Below, one piece after another: positions 10,414 to 22,479 of a DNA stretch of 64,000 bases. Under the pieces are notes generated by a model. The model saw only the letters and a program-made list of their open reading frames with translations. It was not told where the DNA came from and ran no database searches. Made by a program: the position numbers and the translations under genes. Origin of the DNA: Squalus acanthias (lineage: Eukaryota); the NCBI GenBank assembly GCA_030390025.1, contig CM059431.1:134542001-134606000 (forward strand), read 5' to 3'. The first letter of the stretch is position 1. Every line of letters begins with the position of its first letter.

Positions 10414-12934
10414 CTTGACTGCTGAAGTGTTCCCCGACTGGGAGGTAACAATCCTGCCTGGCGATTGTTGCGCGGTGCTCGTTCATACGTTGTCTCAGTG
10501 TCTGCATGGTCTCGCCGATGTACCATGCCGCGGTGCATTCTTTCCTGCAACGTATGAGGTAGACAACGTTGGCCGAGTCACATGAGTATGTACCATGTAC
10601 CTGGTGGGTAGTGTCCTCACGTGTGATGGTGGTATCTGTGTTGATGATCTGGCATGTCTTGCAGAGTTTGCCATGGCAGGGTTGTGTGGTGTCGTGGTCG
10701 CTGTTATCCTGAAAGCTGGGTAATTTGCTGCGAACGATGGTACTTCTGAGGTTAGGCGGCTGTTTGAAGGCAAGTAGTGGAGGCGTGGGGATGGCCTTAG
10801 CGAGGTGTTTGTCGTCATCGATGACATGTTGAAGGCTGCGAAGAACATGTCGTAGTTTCTCCGCTCCGGGGAAGTACTGGACGACGTAGGGTACCCTGTT
10901 GGTTGTGTCCCGTGTTTGCCTTCTGAGGAGGTCTATGCGATTTTTCGCTGTGGCCCGTCGGAACTGTCGATCGATGAGTCGAGCGTCATATCCCGTTCTT
11001 ACGAGGGCGTTTTTCAGCGTCCGTAGGTGTCCATCGCGTTCCTCCTCGTCTGAGCAGATCCTGTGTATTCGCAGGGCTTGTCCATAGGGGATGGCTTCTT
11101 TAACATGGTTAGGGTGCAAGCTGGAGAAGTGGAGCATCGTGAGGTTGTCCGTGGGCTTGCGGTAGAGTGAAGTGCTGAGGTGTCCGTCTTTGATGGAGAT
11201 TCGTGTGTCCAGGAATGAGACCGATTCTGAGGAGTAGTCCATGGTGAGTTTGATGGTGGGATGGAACTTGTTTATGTTATCGTGTAGTCTTTTCAGTGAT
11301 CCTTCGCCATGGGTCCAAAGGAAGAAAATGTCGTCGATGTATCTGGTGTACAGCGTTGGCTGGAGGTCCTGTGCAGCGAAGAAGTCTTGCTCGAACTTGT
11401 GCATGAAGATGTTGGCGTATTGGGGTGCGAATTTGGTCCCCATGGCTGTTCCGTGTGTTTGGGTAAAAAAATGGTTGTCGAAGGTGAAGACATTGTGGTC
11501 AAGGATGAAGCGGATGAGTTGTAGGATGGCGTCTGGAGATTGGCTGTTGTTGATGTTGAGTACTGAGGCTGTTGCAGCGATGCCGTCATCGTGGGGGATA
11601 CTGGTGTAGAGTGCCGATACGTCCATCGTGGCAAGGAGTGTTCCTGGTTCAACTGGTCCGTGGGTGCTGAGTTTCTGTAAGAAGTCTGTAGTGTCGCGAC
11701 AGAAGCTGGGGGTTCCCTGTACGATGGGTTTCAGAATGCCCTCGACGTATCCAGAGAGGTTCTCACATAGGGTTCCATTGCCTGATACGATAGGACGTCC
11801 GGGTGTGTTGGCTTTGTGTATCTTTGGGAGGCAGTAGAAGTCTCCCACGCGGGGAGTACGTGGGATGAGAGCGCGTAGGATGTTTTGAAGGTCTGGATCG
11901 AAGGTCTTGATCAGTCTATTGAGTTGGCGGGTGTGTTCTTTGGTCGGATCTGCGGGTAGCTGTCTGTAGTGTTCCTGGTTGTCCAGTTGTCGGTATGCTT
12001 CTTTACAATAGTCCGTTCTGTTCTGTATGACGATGGCTCCTCCTTTGTCCGCTGGTTTGATGACAATGTTGCGGTTGGTCTCGAGAGCGTGGATGGCGTT
12101 GCGTTGTGCTCGGGTGACATTCTGGACTGTCTTGTGAGTGCGGCTGATGAATCTGGCGTTGATGCATTTCCTGATAGCTTGAGCATACATGTCAAGCTTG
12201 GGGCAGCGACCCTCCGGAGGGGTCCAGTTTGACTCTTTTTTCTTCGGTTGCTGCACTGCGAGTCCCTCTGTCTGCTGTTCTGGATCATTGATTGTCTCAT
12301 TGGGTTTGTTGCTGACATCTTGGGATTTGTGGAAGTATTCCCGGAGCCTCATTCTCCTGATGAATTCCTCCGTGTCTGCCGCGAGACCGATGGGGTCCAT
12401 TTTGGTGGTTGGGCAGAACTTGAGCCCTAGGGCGAGAACTTCGATTTCGTCTGGTTGAAGGGTATGGTCGGACAAGTTGACGATGGACTTCCCTGTGGTT
12501 GCAGCCGTGGTACCGGGGGAGGCTTGGTTGCTGCTGGTGGTGATGCCGAGTTTCTCAAGCTTCCTGTTCTTGATGCGCATGTAGGCAGCGTAGTTCCGTT
12601 GCCTCGTCTGTTTGGTGGTGTCTCGTAACTGGTCTGCTGTGTCCTGAGCACAGGCTGAGAGCATGGACTCTATCTTGGTTTCGAGGTTGTGGCGTTTGCT
12701 GTAGAGCTGGTGTACGAGATGGTTGAGGAGTGTGCGAGAGGTACGACGGCAGAGTCTCTCAGCGTAGTCTGTGTTGTATGTCGACTTGAGTGGGTTCGTG
12801 ATCTGTAGTCCTTTCGGGATCTTGTCTGCTTTCTTGCATCTCTGTAGATACTTGATGTCGGTGTCGATATGCGCGATCTTCTTGGCGATTCTCTCCACTT
12901 TGAGCCGGCAGTTTGTGGTGTCGATAGTGGTCAT
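10256..12934 (-). CDS. Penelope-like RT/GIY-YIG endonuclease polyprotein (892 aa from first ATG)
   Basis: Uninterrupted ORF; KPADKG, LPKIHK, GRPIVS, MDVSALYTSI, GTAMG, RYIDD, FLD; Cys linker CHGKLCKTC; NVVYLIRC...WYIGET...LRQRMNEH...GLN. Confidence 0.95.
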   Translation of the reverse strand: MTTIDTTNCRLKVERIAKKIAHIDTDIKYLQRCKKADKIPKGLQITNPLKSTYNTDYAERLCRRTSRTLLNHLVHQLYSKRHNLETKIESMLSACAQDTADQLRDTTKQTRQRNYAAYMRIKNRKLEKLGITTSSNQASPGTTAATTGKSIVNLSDHTLQPDEIEVLALGLKFCPTTKMDPIGLAADTEEFIRRMRLREYFHKSQDVSNKPNETINDPEQQTEGLAVQQPKKKESNWTPPEGRCPKLDMYAQAIRKCINARFISRTHKTVQNVTRAQRNAIHALETNRNIVIKPADKGGAIVIQNRTDYCKEAYRQLDNQEHYRQLPADPTKEHTRQLNRLIKTFDPDLQNILRALIPRTPRVGDFYCLPKIHKANTPGRPIVSGNGTLCENLSGYVEGILKPIVQGTPSFCRDTTDFLQKLSTHGPVEPGTLLATMDVSALYTSIPHDDGIAATASVLNINNSQSPDAILQLIRFILDHNVFTFDNHFFTQTHGTAMGTKFAPQYANIFMHKFEQDFFAAQDLQPTLYTRYIDDIFFLWTHGEGSLKRLHDNINKFHPTIKLTMDYSSESVSFLDTRISIKDGHLSTSLYRKPTDNLTMLHFSSLHPNHVKEAIPYGQALRIHRICSDEEERDGHLRTLKNALVRTGYDARLIDRQFRRATAKNRIDLLRRQTRDTTNRVPYVVQYFPGAEKLRHVLRSLQHVIDDDKHLAKAIPTPPLLAFKQPPNLRSTIVRSKLPSFQDNSDHDTTQPCHGKLCKTCQIINTDTTITREDTTHQVHGTYSCDSANVVYLIRCRKECTAAWYIGETMQTLRQRMNEHRATIARQDCYLPVGEHFSSQGHSASDLRVSVLQGNLRNTRQRKIIEQKLIAKFRTHEDGLNRDLGFMSRYMT

Positions 12935-12969
12935 GATGCGGAGATGCCGGTGTTGGACTGGGGTGGACA

Positions 12970-13551
12970 AAATTGAGAGGTCGCACAACACCAGGTTATA
13001 GTCCAACAGTTTTATTTGAAATCACAAGCTTTCGGAGCTATCGCTCCTTCCTCAGGTGAAGTAAATTGGATACAGAATCGCCAGAGCATATATAGATGGA
13101 AAAAAAAGCATGTGTACTTTACAATTGCAGACCAATAAATTAAATCATCCTGACTATCTGCCGAGGTGTGATAAAGTTAATTAAGTCAGCCAGGAAGGTA
13201 CCACATCAAAAGACATAGCAAGATACAACTGAGACAATGAGGTGTAGTCACAGGGGTTCTAACGTGTCAAAAGCTGCCGTCTGTATGTAAAACGAAAAGC
13301 TTTTAAAAAAAATTTACTTTTTTACTGGGAAAATTTTTACTTTTTTACTGGGAATCACATCTGTGAACAAGCTAACGACGACTCGAGTCCGGATCACGTC
13401 ATGTATCGTGACATAAACCCAAGATCCCGATTGAGACCGTCTTCATGAGTGCGGAACTTGGCTATCAGTTTCTGCTCGATGATTTTGCGTTGTCGTGTGT
13501 TTCTAAGGTTGCCTTGGAGAACGCTTACCCGCAGATCCGAGGCTGAATGTC
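12970..13551 (-). repeat. 5' pseudo-LTR of the Penelope-like element
   Basis: Copy of the ORF 3' end plus 3' UTR placed upstream of the ORF. Confidence 0.95.
13022..13059 (-). ncRNA. Minimal type I hammerhead ribozyme motif (second copy)
   Basis: Identical to 9884-9921. Confidence 0.82.
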
Positions 13552-16352
13552 TCTTAATGAAGCCCAGGATCCCGTATTCTTTTTTAACCGCTTTCTCAAC
13601 CTGCCCTGCCACCTTCAACGATTTGTGCACATATACCCCCAGGTCTCTCTTTTCATGCACCCCCTGTAGCATTATACCCTTTAGTTTATATTGCCTCTCC
13701 TCGTTCTTCCTACCAAAATGTATCACTTTGCACTTTTCTGCGTTAAATTTCATCTGCCATCTGTCCGCCCATTTCACCAGCCTGTCTATATCTTCTTGAA
13801 GTCTATCACTATCCTCCTCACCGTTGACTATACTTCCAAGTTTTGTGTCATCTGCAAATTTTGAAATTGTGCCCTGTATTCCCAAGTCCAAGCCATTAAT
13901 ATATATCAAGAAAAGCAGTGGTCCTAGTACCGACCCCTGGGGAACACCACTGTATACCTTCCTCCAGTCCGAAAATCAACTGTTCACCACTACTCTCTGT
14001 TTCCTATCACTTAGCCAATTTCGTATCCATGCTGCCACTGTCCCTTTTATTCCATGGGCTTCAACTTTGCTGGCAAGCTTATTATGTGGCACTTTATCAA
14101 GAGCCTTTTGGAAGTCCATGTACACCACATCAACCACATTGCCCTCATCAATCCTCTCTGTTACCTCATCAAAAAACTCGATCAAGTTAGTTAAACACGA
14201 TTTTCCTTTAACAAATCCGTGCTGGCTTTCCTTAATTAATCCACACTTGTCCAAGTGACTGTTAACTTTGTCCCTGATTATAGTTTCTAAAAGCTTCCCC
14301 ACTACCGAGGTTAAACAGACTGGCTTGTAGTTGCTGGGTTTATCTTTACACCCTTTTTTGAACAAGGGTGTAACATTTGTAATTCTCCATCCTCTGGCAA
14401 CACCCCCATATCCAAGGAGGATTGGAAGATTATGGCCAGTACCTCCGCGATTTCCTCCTTAGCCTCCCTCAGCATCCTAGGATGCATCCCATCCGGTCCT
14501 GCTGACTTATCAACTTTAAGTATAGACTGTCTTTCTAGTACCTCCTCTTTATCAATTTTTATCTCATCCAGTATCTCCACTACTTCCTCTTTCACTATGA
14601 CTTTGGTAGCATCTTCTTCCTTGGTAAAGACAGATGCAAAGTACTCATTTAGTACCTCAGCCATACCCTCTGTCTCCATGCGTAGAGCTCCTTTTTGGTC
14701 CCTAATCGGCTCCACCCCCTCCTCTTACTACCCGTTTATTATTTATATCCCTATAGAAGATGTTTTAATTCCCTTTTATGTTAGCTGCCAATCTATTCTC
14801 ATATTCTCTCTTTGCCCCTCTTATTTTCTTCTTCACTTCCCCTCTGAACTTTCTATATTCAGTCTGATTCTCACTTGTATTCTCAACCTGACATCTGTCA
14901 TATGCCCCTTTTTTTACTCTCTATCTCTTTCATCATCCAGGGAGCTCTGGCTTTACTTGCCCTACCTTTTCCTCTCATGGGAATGTACCTCGACTGCACC
15001 CGAACCACCTCTTCTTAAAGGCAGCCTTTTTTTGAGCCAGGTGTCCATTATCGCCATGACATCATATTTCTATGTGGCTATTTGCGCCTGCAGCTCACCA
15101 ACCTTATTTACCACACTTCATGCGTTTACACAGATGCATTGTAAACCTGTCTTAGACCTTCTTGTATTCTCTCTTAGTCTGACCCCATCTAATACAGTAC
15201 TATTTCTTTCTCTAGTGCTATCTGTCTCTCTCCATCCTTTGTGCACTTTGTTTCTCCTTTCTAATGCTACATCCTGGTGCCCATCCCCCTGCCAAATTAG
15301 TTTAAACCCTCCCAACAGCACTAGCAAACGCCCCCCCCACGAGGACATTGGTCCCGGCTCTGTTCAGGTGCAACCCGTCCGACCTGTACAGGTCCCACCT
15401 CCCCCAGAACTGGTCCCAATGTCCCAGGAATCTGAAGCCCTCCCTCTTGCACCATCTCTCCAGCCACGCATTCATCTGCTCTATCCTCCTGTTTCTATAC
15501 TCCGGCTCCCGTGCAACTGAGACTGTAAAGCGCCTTTTCCACAGCAAGCTTACATCGAAAGGCCCTTTCCCACAGCCTGCATGGAAACTTAGCAAAATCA
15601 AATCAAATTAGGAGAGTTGACAACATAATAAAAAGTACTTGTATTGATATAGCCCCTTATCATGCCCTTTGCCATACTGATATTTATCAAAATATTGGAG
15701 AACTAAACACCAGAGCTTTGACAGCAGACTGAGGCCAGCAAAAGAAGAAAGAGAACAGGTGATGCAATTGGAATGAAGAACTGGACAAAGTTCAATGGGG
15801 GAATGCCATTCAATGTGTAGGATACAAAAGTCTTAAACGCGAAATATTTCTAGGTGTCTTTTGTATGATTGTATGTGGAGAATGATGAATGGATAAGAAT
15901 ATAGGTTACAATTTCCTATCACCTGTTTGAAACAAAACATCTGTAGTGCTATAGTACTAACCCTTTATACCATACACCTTCTACTCCTATACAACACAGC
16001 CGGTCTATCATGCTCACTCATACACCTGGCCTGATTAAACAGAAAATCCATGGCTGCTGTAAGCAGGATCCTGACAAGACAGTCAGTAACCAAAACAGGG
16101 TCACAGGGCTTAACTCTTTTTGCAAAATAATACAAGTTCAGAGAGCTGGACCATTCCGCAAGTTCTCAGCAGCAGTTCATGAAATTAGTTGGGCTCAGCA
16201 ATAGTACTTAGGGGACAGACTCCCAGCCAGAATAGGAAATATGAATCTGTTTGCTTATTTAATGCTACAATGCAACTGAGAATTTTTTAAGTTTCTCCCC
16301 AAACTTTTGTAATTCTGCAGAAACAGTACAGCATTCTGGCCCTAACCATAGT

Positions 16353-17249
16353 GGCCCTGAGTTCGCAGTCGGTACTCTCAGAGTACGCCATCATACCGCC
16401 TTTGGCGCATGCTCTAAATCCCGAACTTGCGATCTGTCGAGTCCCGACTGTGCATTGGCTTTGCTGCAAGTTTCACTTACCCATTCAAATCAACATGCTG
16501 GCAAAAAGTTGGGCTAATTGCTCACCTACTGCCCATCAATTACCCTGAAATTTTTTACATCTGGTGCCTGTTGCACAGAGTAAGGGAGGGGGGGGGGAGT
16601 GATGAAGAAATTGTATTCGTTTATGCTACAGTGAGACACTGGTTTGTGTCTGAGCGGATACAAACTTTAAAAGAAACTGTTCGAGTTTGAAAACAGGGCC
16701 TTTTTGTGTCACCGTCTTTGCTGCCCAATAGCCTTTTGTAGTTTTGGTTTAATTACTGCCCAACTTCTATATAGATAGGATTTACTTCACATTTGTGATT
16801 TCCTCATGTTATCAGACATTTAAACTCTCGATTTTAGATTATTTAAATTAATCAAAAGTTAGTTAGTCTAATAGAGGAGACTGTAATTATAGGTTTGTGT
16901 ATTATAATCTTGGTTTGTGTATTAAATACTATTGCAATGATCACAATTTATTAATAAAATAGCATTTCTGGCTGCTAAATTATTTAAAATGAGTTGTGGG
17001 CGAATCAGAAATCAGCTGTTTCCTGACTGGCTAGGAGTCAGGAAGTAAAAGGAGCACCGCCCCATGTGATCCCAGGTTCGCATATGCACAACGGGGCGCC
17101 CCGGGATCCGTGGGCCAGTGCGCTGCGCACAACTCTGCAGCGTTTGAAAGCAACTTCATGAAGCTGGGTTCGCACGAAGTAAGTGCGGATTTTATTCGGA
17201 TGTCGGCGGTGTACTCCTTAGCTATGCTGCCGACCGCGAATTCAGGGCC
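16353..17249. mobile_element. Non-autonomous DNA transposon (PIF/Harbinger-like MITE)
   Basis: TIRs GGCCCTGAGTTCGCAGTCGG / CCGACCGCGAATTCAGGGCC; flanks agt/aat. Confidence 0.75.
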
Positions 17250-17714
17250 AATATATTCATATATAAGTGGAACAAGATATGCACAAACTAAATCAAATGC
17301 CTGTTATACTGCTGGTTGTTCTATAAAGCAAGCTTACACTGACTTTTATCAGAAGATAATCAGGATGGGAAAAATGGTCATGGTGGACCATAAGTACAGG
17401 TTGTGCTGTATCATTGTTATCCTTTACCTATGTCATTTCACTTCCATAATATTCATTATTCCATCCAGAAAATGATTGAAAAAAATATTAATTATAGCCC
17501 ATAGATCATAAAAAATAATAACCAAAACTTGACATTGAGTTTCAGTCAATAATTCAATTTGGGATCCCACTAATCCCCATAAACTACTTGAGCTTCATTC
17601 TGATGATTTATTACATCTTTGGAACTAATCACCAGAATTACTGCTTTGCAACTCATCACCAAGCTGCAGACTGTAAGTACATTTTACACAATACGATAAT
17701 ATTTACAGATCTCT

Positions 17715-17976
17715 TGGTGCCTGTCGGTGTTTTTGCCCGGTGATGCTGCAGGGAGCGGAACCGAAGTTCGGGTCCGGGGCACTGCGCACTGCGATGACGT
17801 CACGATCTCCGGGCGAAGGAGATCGGGGTGCAACGTCATACCGTCGCTGCAAACCTCCCGCTGAATATAGCGGGAGTTGATCCTCTCGCCGCGCCCGGTC
17901 AGTAAGTGCTTAGTGCCCCGTTAGCGCCCCCCGGAGGTGTTAACGGGAGGCGCTAAGGTGCCCAATTTCTCCCCCC
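17715..17976. mobile_element. Truncated Harbinger-like MITE (same family as 32301 and 48377)
   Basis: GC-rich, ends in caatttctcccccc; similar to 32800-33048. Confidence 0.65.
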
Positions 17977-17989
17977 AAATATCTAAAAA

Positions 17990-20900
17990 AAGGTAATGGA
18001 GAAAATAGTGAGACTTAAGATAGTTTCCACTCCACAGTATTAAAAGAAATAGGTGAAGAAATTGCAAATGTGTTACTCATAATTTTCCAAAGCTCTCTAG
18101 ATTCGGAGATTGTGCCTTTGGATTGGAAAATTGCAAATGCCACTACATTATTTAAGAAGGGAGGGAGAGAGAAATGAGGAAACTACAGACCCATCAATTT
18201 AACATGAATTGTGCGGAAGTACCTGGAATCTACCATCAGGGACAGAGTGACTGAACACTTTGACACGTATGAGCTGATCAAAGAGAGTCAGCATTGATTT
18301 ATGATGGGTCGGTCATATCTGAGTAATCTAGTTGAATGTTTCAACATGGTCATTAACATTTTGAATGGTGGAGTGTCCAGAAAGCATCTGATAAGGTTCT
18401 GCACAACCTTATCAGCAAACATAAAAGGGGCTGGTATTTGGTTGGGAGGTAGGAAACAGAGGTCGAAATTTTCCGGGGGGTCAGCGGGCGGGATCGCTGG
18501 CAGGTCGGGTGGGAAATTTGATTTTCTTTTGACAGCAGGTCGGGAACCCACTGTCATCCCGCCACAACGCGCCTTTCCCAGTGGCACGTCTGTGATCTCG
18601 GATCGGATCCGACTCACAGAGGCGAGCGATCCAATCAAAACAATTATTGGTTTGTTGACAGACCCTTAATAATGGTTTTAACCTTACCTTTTAACTTTAA
18701 CTGCTTGCCCACAGGGTCCACACTGCCCATGGACCATATCCGTTAACCTGAGGTGGCAGTTGAATGGCCATTGAATCAGCTGATTAGTTGACAGCTTGTG
18801 TTATAAAAGCTCCCACCTCACAGCTGTTCATTTTCCAAGCGCAGAAGCTGTTGCTTACTCCATTTGGAAGATAGATTGAGCTTTATGCAGGCTGCAAGTG
18901 TTTGAAGCAAACTCTTCATCCAGTGTCACCTCATTGGAACAACTGCTCTCACTATTGACAGATCGCTTCTGTCATCTCAACTTCACCTGGCATGTATTCC
19001 ATCAGCATGGGTGCCATTTATGCTGTCTCACCTTAGTCCTCAGAATCTGACCATGATCAGTCCCAACACCAGCAGCACCAGGCACACCAGCAGCACCAAC
19101 AACAACACCAAACTTCTCCGCAATTACCTGATGCTTCACAGGACTGAGAACATCAGTACCCGAGCACATTGCTGCCCAGGAGGCCAGGGATGGCCTCACC
19201 ATGGCCAGATTTACGTCACTTGACACTGTACACCCTGGCTGCCACATGATGCGCCAGGTTGGCACCACCCCACACCAACACCATAAAGCATCCCTACAAT
19301 GTCCAAGCCATTTCTTTCACACTCATCACCATTGTGGGGGGTACCGTTATGTCTCACCATTCATTGCAACTCACTAAGCCACTTCCAAAGGTGCACACAA
19401 ATCTGTCCCAGAATGTAAAGTGTTGAAAATAAAGGTTTCAATGTTTGACAACACAGTAACAGAAACTTTACATGAACATTGGATAAAACACCCAAGTGCC
19501 TACCCTTGTGTATTGTTAGTTGGTATGATTGCACGAGGATGAGGTTGAGTGTGAGGGGTGGCTAGTGAGATGGGGATGTGATAATGTAGCTAGAGAGAGA
19601 GGGATGGGTGGAAGTACAAGGGAAGTTGGTGTGAGTAAGGATGTGCAGGAGTAGGGTAGGAAGGCAGAGTGATGGGGATGTGATGAGAGGCACAGCAGGA
19701 TGAAGGTGAGTGTGGCTTTGTACTCACGTTTCCTGATCTAATGAGATCATTGAAAGGTTTGCGCCACTGCACCCAGGCCCTCCTGACGACATCCCTGTGA
19801 CCTCTTGTGCAATTTGCAACCAGGCTGTCTTGGTCCCCTGGGGAGGTCTCTTCTGCCTATTGGAAGGGAAGAGGACCTCCCTGCGTGCTCTGACTCCCTC
19901 CATAAGCAGTGGTTGCCAGTGTTTGCAGCACGCAAATGCTGTAGAACACTGATAGCATAAACGTCAAAAGTAAGGGCTCAAGATGCGTCGTGAATGGCGT
20001 CACCAGACCCGCTCCATCTAATTAGGCCGGGAAACGCACTGGGCGGGCTTAACAAGCCCCACTGAGCTAAGGTCATTTTAGGCAGCGGGATGGAGCCAGG
20101 ATCGGGGTCGCGACCTACCACCGGCTGCACCGGACCCGCTGAGGTGGGCAAAATCTCGGCCATAGATTCAGAATACAAGGGAGTTAACTTTAATTGGCGT
20201 GATGTGACAAGTGATGTTCCCCAGGGATCTGTACTGGGGCCTCAGCTTTTCACCACACATATCAATGACTTGGATGAACAGAGAGTTGTATATCCAAGTT
20301 TGCAGATGACACTATGTGAGGAAGCACAGTAAATTGTGTAGATGGGAGCAGGAAGTTACAAAGAGACAGAAGACAGATTAGGCGAGTGTGCAAAACTGTG
20401 GCAGATGGAGTTCAATGTGGGAAAGTGTGAGTCATCCAATGTAATCGTGGGAGACTATGAACTGTCCAGGAGCAAAGGGATTTGAGTGTCCATGTACATA
20501 AATCAGTAAAAGCTTTTGCACAGGTAAAAAACTTAATCAATAAAGGCTAATGGAATTTTGGCCTTTATCTCAAGGGGTTTAGAATTCGAAAGTAAGAAAG
20601 TAATGCTTTAGTTGAACAGAGCCTTGGTCAGATCCCATCCGAAATACTGTATTCAATTTTGGGCACCGAACCTCAGGAAAGATAACTGGCCTTCGAAGGG
20701 GTGCAACACAGATTCACCAGAATGACACCACAGCTTAAAGGATTAAATTATGAGGACAAGTTACATAAAATTGGCATGTATTCCCTTGAGTTTAGAAGGT
20801 TGAGGGTGTTCTAATCTAGGTGTTATCAGATAGATAGAGAAACTATTTCCTGTGTGGGGGAATCCAGAACAAGGGGGCATAATCTTAAAATTAGAGCTAG

Positions 20901-21020
20901 GCTATTTAGAAGCACTTTTTCACACAAAGGGTCGTACAAATCTAGAAGTCTCACCCCCAAAAGGCTGTGGATGCTGGGTCAATTGAAATTTTCAAAACTG
21001 AGATTGATATATTTTTGTTA
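17990..21020 (+). mobile_element. Old CR1 LINE ORF2, interrupted by 18461-20161
   Basis: Decayed IIFQSSLDSG...[13 protein letters not shown] and FADD-like segments on both sides of the insertion. Confidence 0.8.
18461..20161 (-). mobile_element. Harbinger-like element with decayed Myb/SANT exon
   Basis: TIRs ggtcgaaattt / aaatctcggcc; flanks aga/ata; minus-strand QWRKPFNDLIRSG(K/N)|gtgagt at ~19721-19772. Confidence 0.7.
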
Positions 21021-21616
21021 GATAAAGGTGTCAATGATATGGAACTAAGGAAGGTAAATGGAGTTGAAGTAAGATCAGCCAAGATGAGAGGTTTTGATAG
21101 AGTACATAGGGAAAAACTATTCCCTCTGGCGAATTGGTCAATAACTAGAGGTCATAGATTTCAAATCATTGGCAAAAGATCTAGAGGGGAGACGAGGAGA
21201 AATGTTTTCACTCAGAGTTGTCGGGATCTGGAATGCTGCACCTGAAAAGATAGTGGAAACTGATTGAATCAATAATTTTAAAAGGGAGTTGGACAGATAC
21301 TTAAGGATGAGGAACTTACAGGGTTATGGACAAAAAGCAGGGGTGAGTCAGCACAGGCACAGGCCAAATGACTTTCTTCTGTGCTGCAAGTTTCTATGAT
21401 TCAACGATTCTATCTGATAGAATGGCAGAACAGGCTTGTGGGGCTGAATGGCCCATTCTTGCTCCAATATGCCATGTGAATACAAATACTGAGATCACAT
21501 GCCTAATGACGGTTCTATTACTCATCTTTTACTTGCTAATGAGAAATGGAATGATCTACATCTGAATTTTTTTCATTAGTCACATATGGCTAGTGGCTAA
21601 TATATTCGATAACACT

Positions 21617-22040
21617 GGCTTAGTGGTAGAACTCTTGCCTCTGAATCAGAAGGTTGTGGACACAAAGCCCACTTGAGCACATAATCTAGGCTGATACAGT
21701 ACCTGAGGTACAGTACAGTATTTGAGGGAGTGCTGCACTGTCGGAGGTGGCACTTTTTTGGATGAGACGTTAAATTAAAGCCGTTTGCCTGTTCAGATGG
21801 ACATAAAAGATCCCATTGCACTATTCAAAGAAGAGCATGGGAGTTCTCCCAGTGTCCCGTCAAAATTTATCCCTCAACCAACACCACTGAAACAGACTAT
21901 CTGGTCATTTATCTCATTGTTGTTTGTGGGACTTTGAGATGCGCGTTGTCATAAACCTACACTTCAAAAGTACCTCATTGGCTGTGAAATGCTTGGGGAT
22001 GTCCTGAGGACATGAAATATGACGTATAAACACAAGTCCA
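21617..22040 (+). mobile_element. tRNA-derived SINE (DeuSINE/SacSINE1-like)
   Basis: tRNA-like head ggcttagtggtag..., core gagggagtgctgcactgtcggagg, L2-like tail. Confidence 0.75.
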
Positions 22041-22479
22041 TTGTCCATTTTATGCAGGCAAACTTAAGTCATAATGTATTCCTGCCAAGAGATATAGGAA
22101 ATTGCGTATGCACTAATATGCACCCCATTACAACAGATTTACATATTAAAATTAAGCTCTTGTCTGCTATTGATGTTTAGAAGTTACAGATCTGCCTTAG
22201 ATATTTTCTCAGTTACAGCAGTACTGGTCAGTCCCATAAGAGGGCCCAGCATCCTACAGTCAGGAGTGTGCTCATACTACCCAATATCTAATACCCAACC
22301 TAAACCATCTCTACTCCTCTGCCTTCATACTCTTTGGCTGCTATTCCAGGCTTGAATTCCCCTTGAATAAGCTTTGATGGGCCCACTGAGGCATTCAGTA
22401 CTTACAAGCAGCAACCCCAACTGTCCCATCCTTTTCTCTCACCGACTTTCCCACCCTGCACGCCTGCTGGGGCTAATCT

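Larger units (their letters stand above)
9834..13549 (-). mobile_element. Intact Penelope-like retroelement with tandem pseudo-LTRs
   Basis: Single RT + GIY-YIG ORF; direct repeats 9832-10413 and 12970-13551; TSD tctcttaatgaa at 9822-9833 and 13550-13561. Confidence 0.95.
9270..15515 (-). mobile_element. CR1 LINE (ORF1 C-terminus, internally deleted ORF2, 3' tail), split by the Penelope insertion
   Basis: FADD RT, LVRPQLEYC, esterase NRRIEQMNAWLERWC...SDGLHLN, 3' tail ttctatga; the reading ILGFIKRGIE is restored when 9834-13561 is removed. Confidence 0.92.

Noticed and set aside
9832..13551. True LTR retrotransposon or assembly duplication
   Set aside because: No TG...CA ends, PBS, gag or integrase; the repeat includes the ORF 3' end as expected for a Penelope pseudo-LTR; the TSD and one mismatch argue against an assembly artefact.
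13394..13909. 171-aa ORF fusing CR1 RT (FADD) in frame to the Penelope GIY-YIG C-terminus
   Set aside because: It spans the insertion junction; in-frame joining is a one-in-three chance, both domains are partial, and the upstream CR1 is frameshifted.
14432..15520. 362-aa plus-strand ORF
   Set aside because: Antisense shadow of the minus-strand CR1; Ser/Leu-rich with no domain. The same applies to most short ORFs in the track.
21617..21700. tRNA gene (also 22480, 47904, 49120)
   Set aside because: tRNA-like heads run into a SINE core and tail, and no intact cloverleaf is visible.
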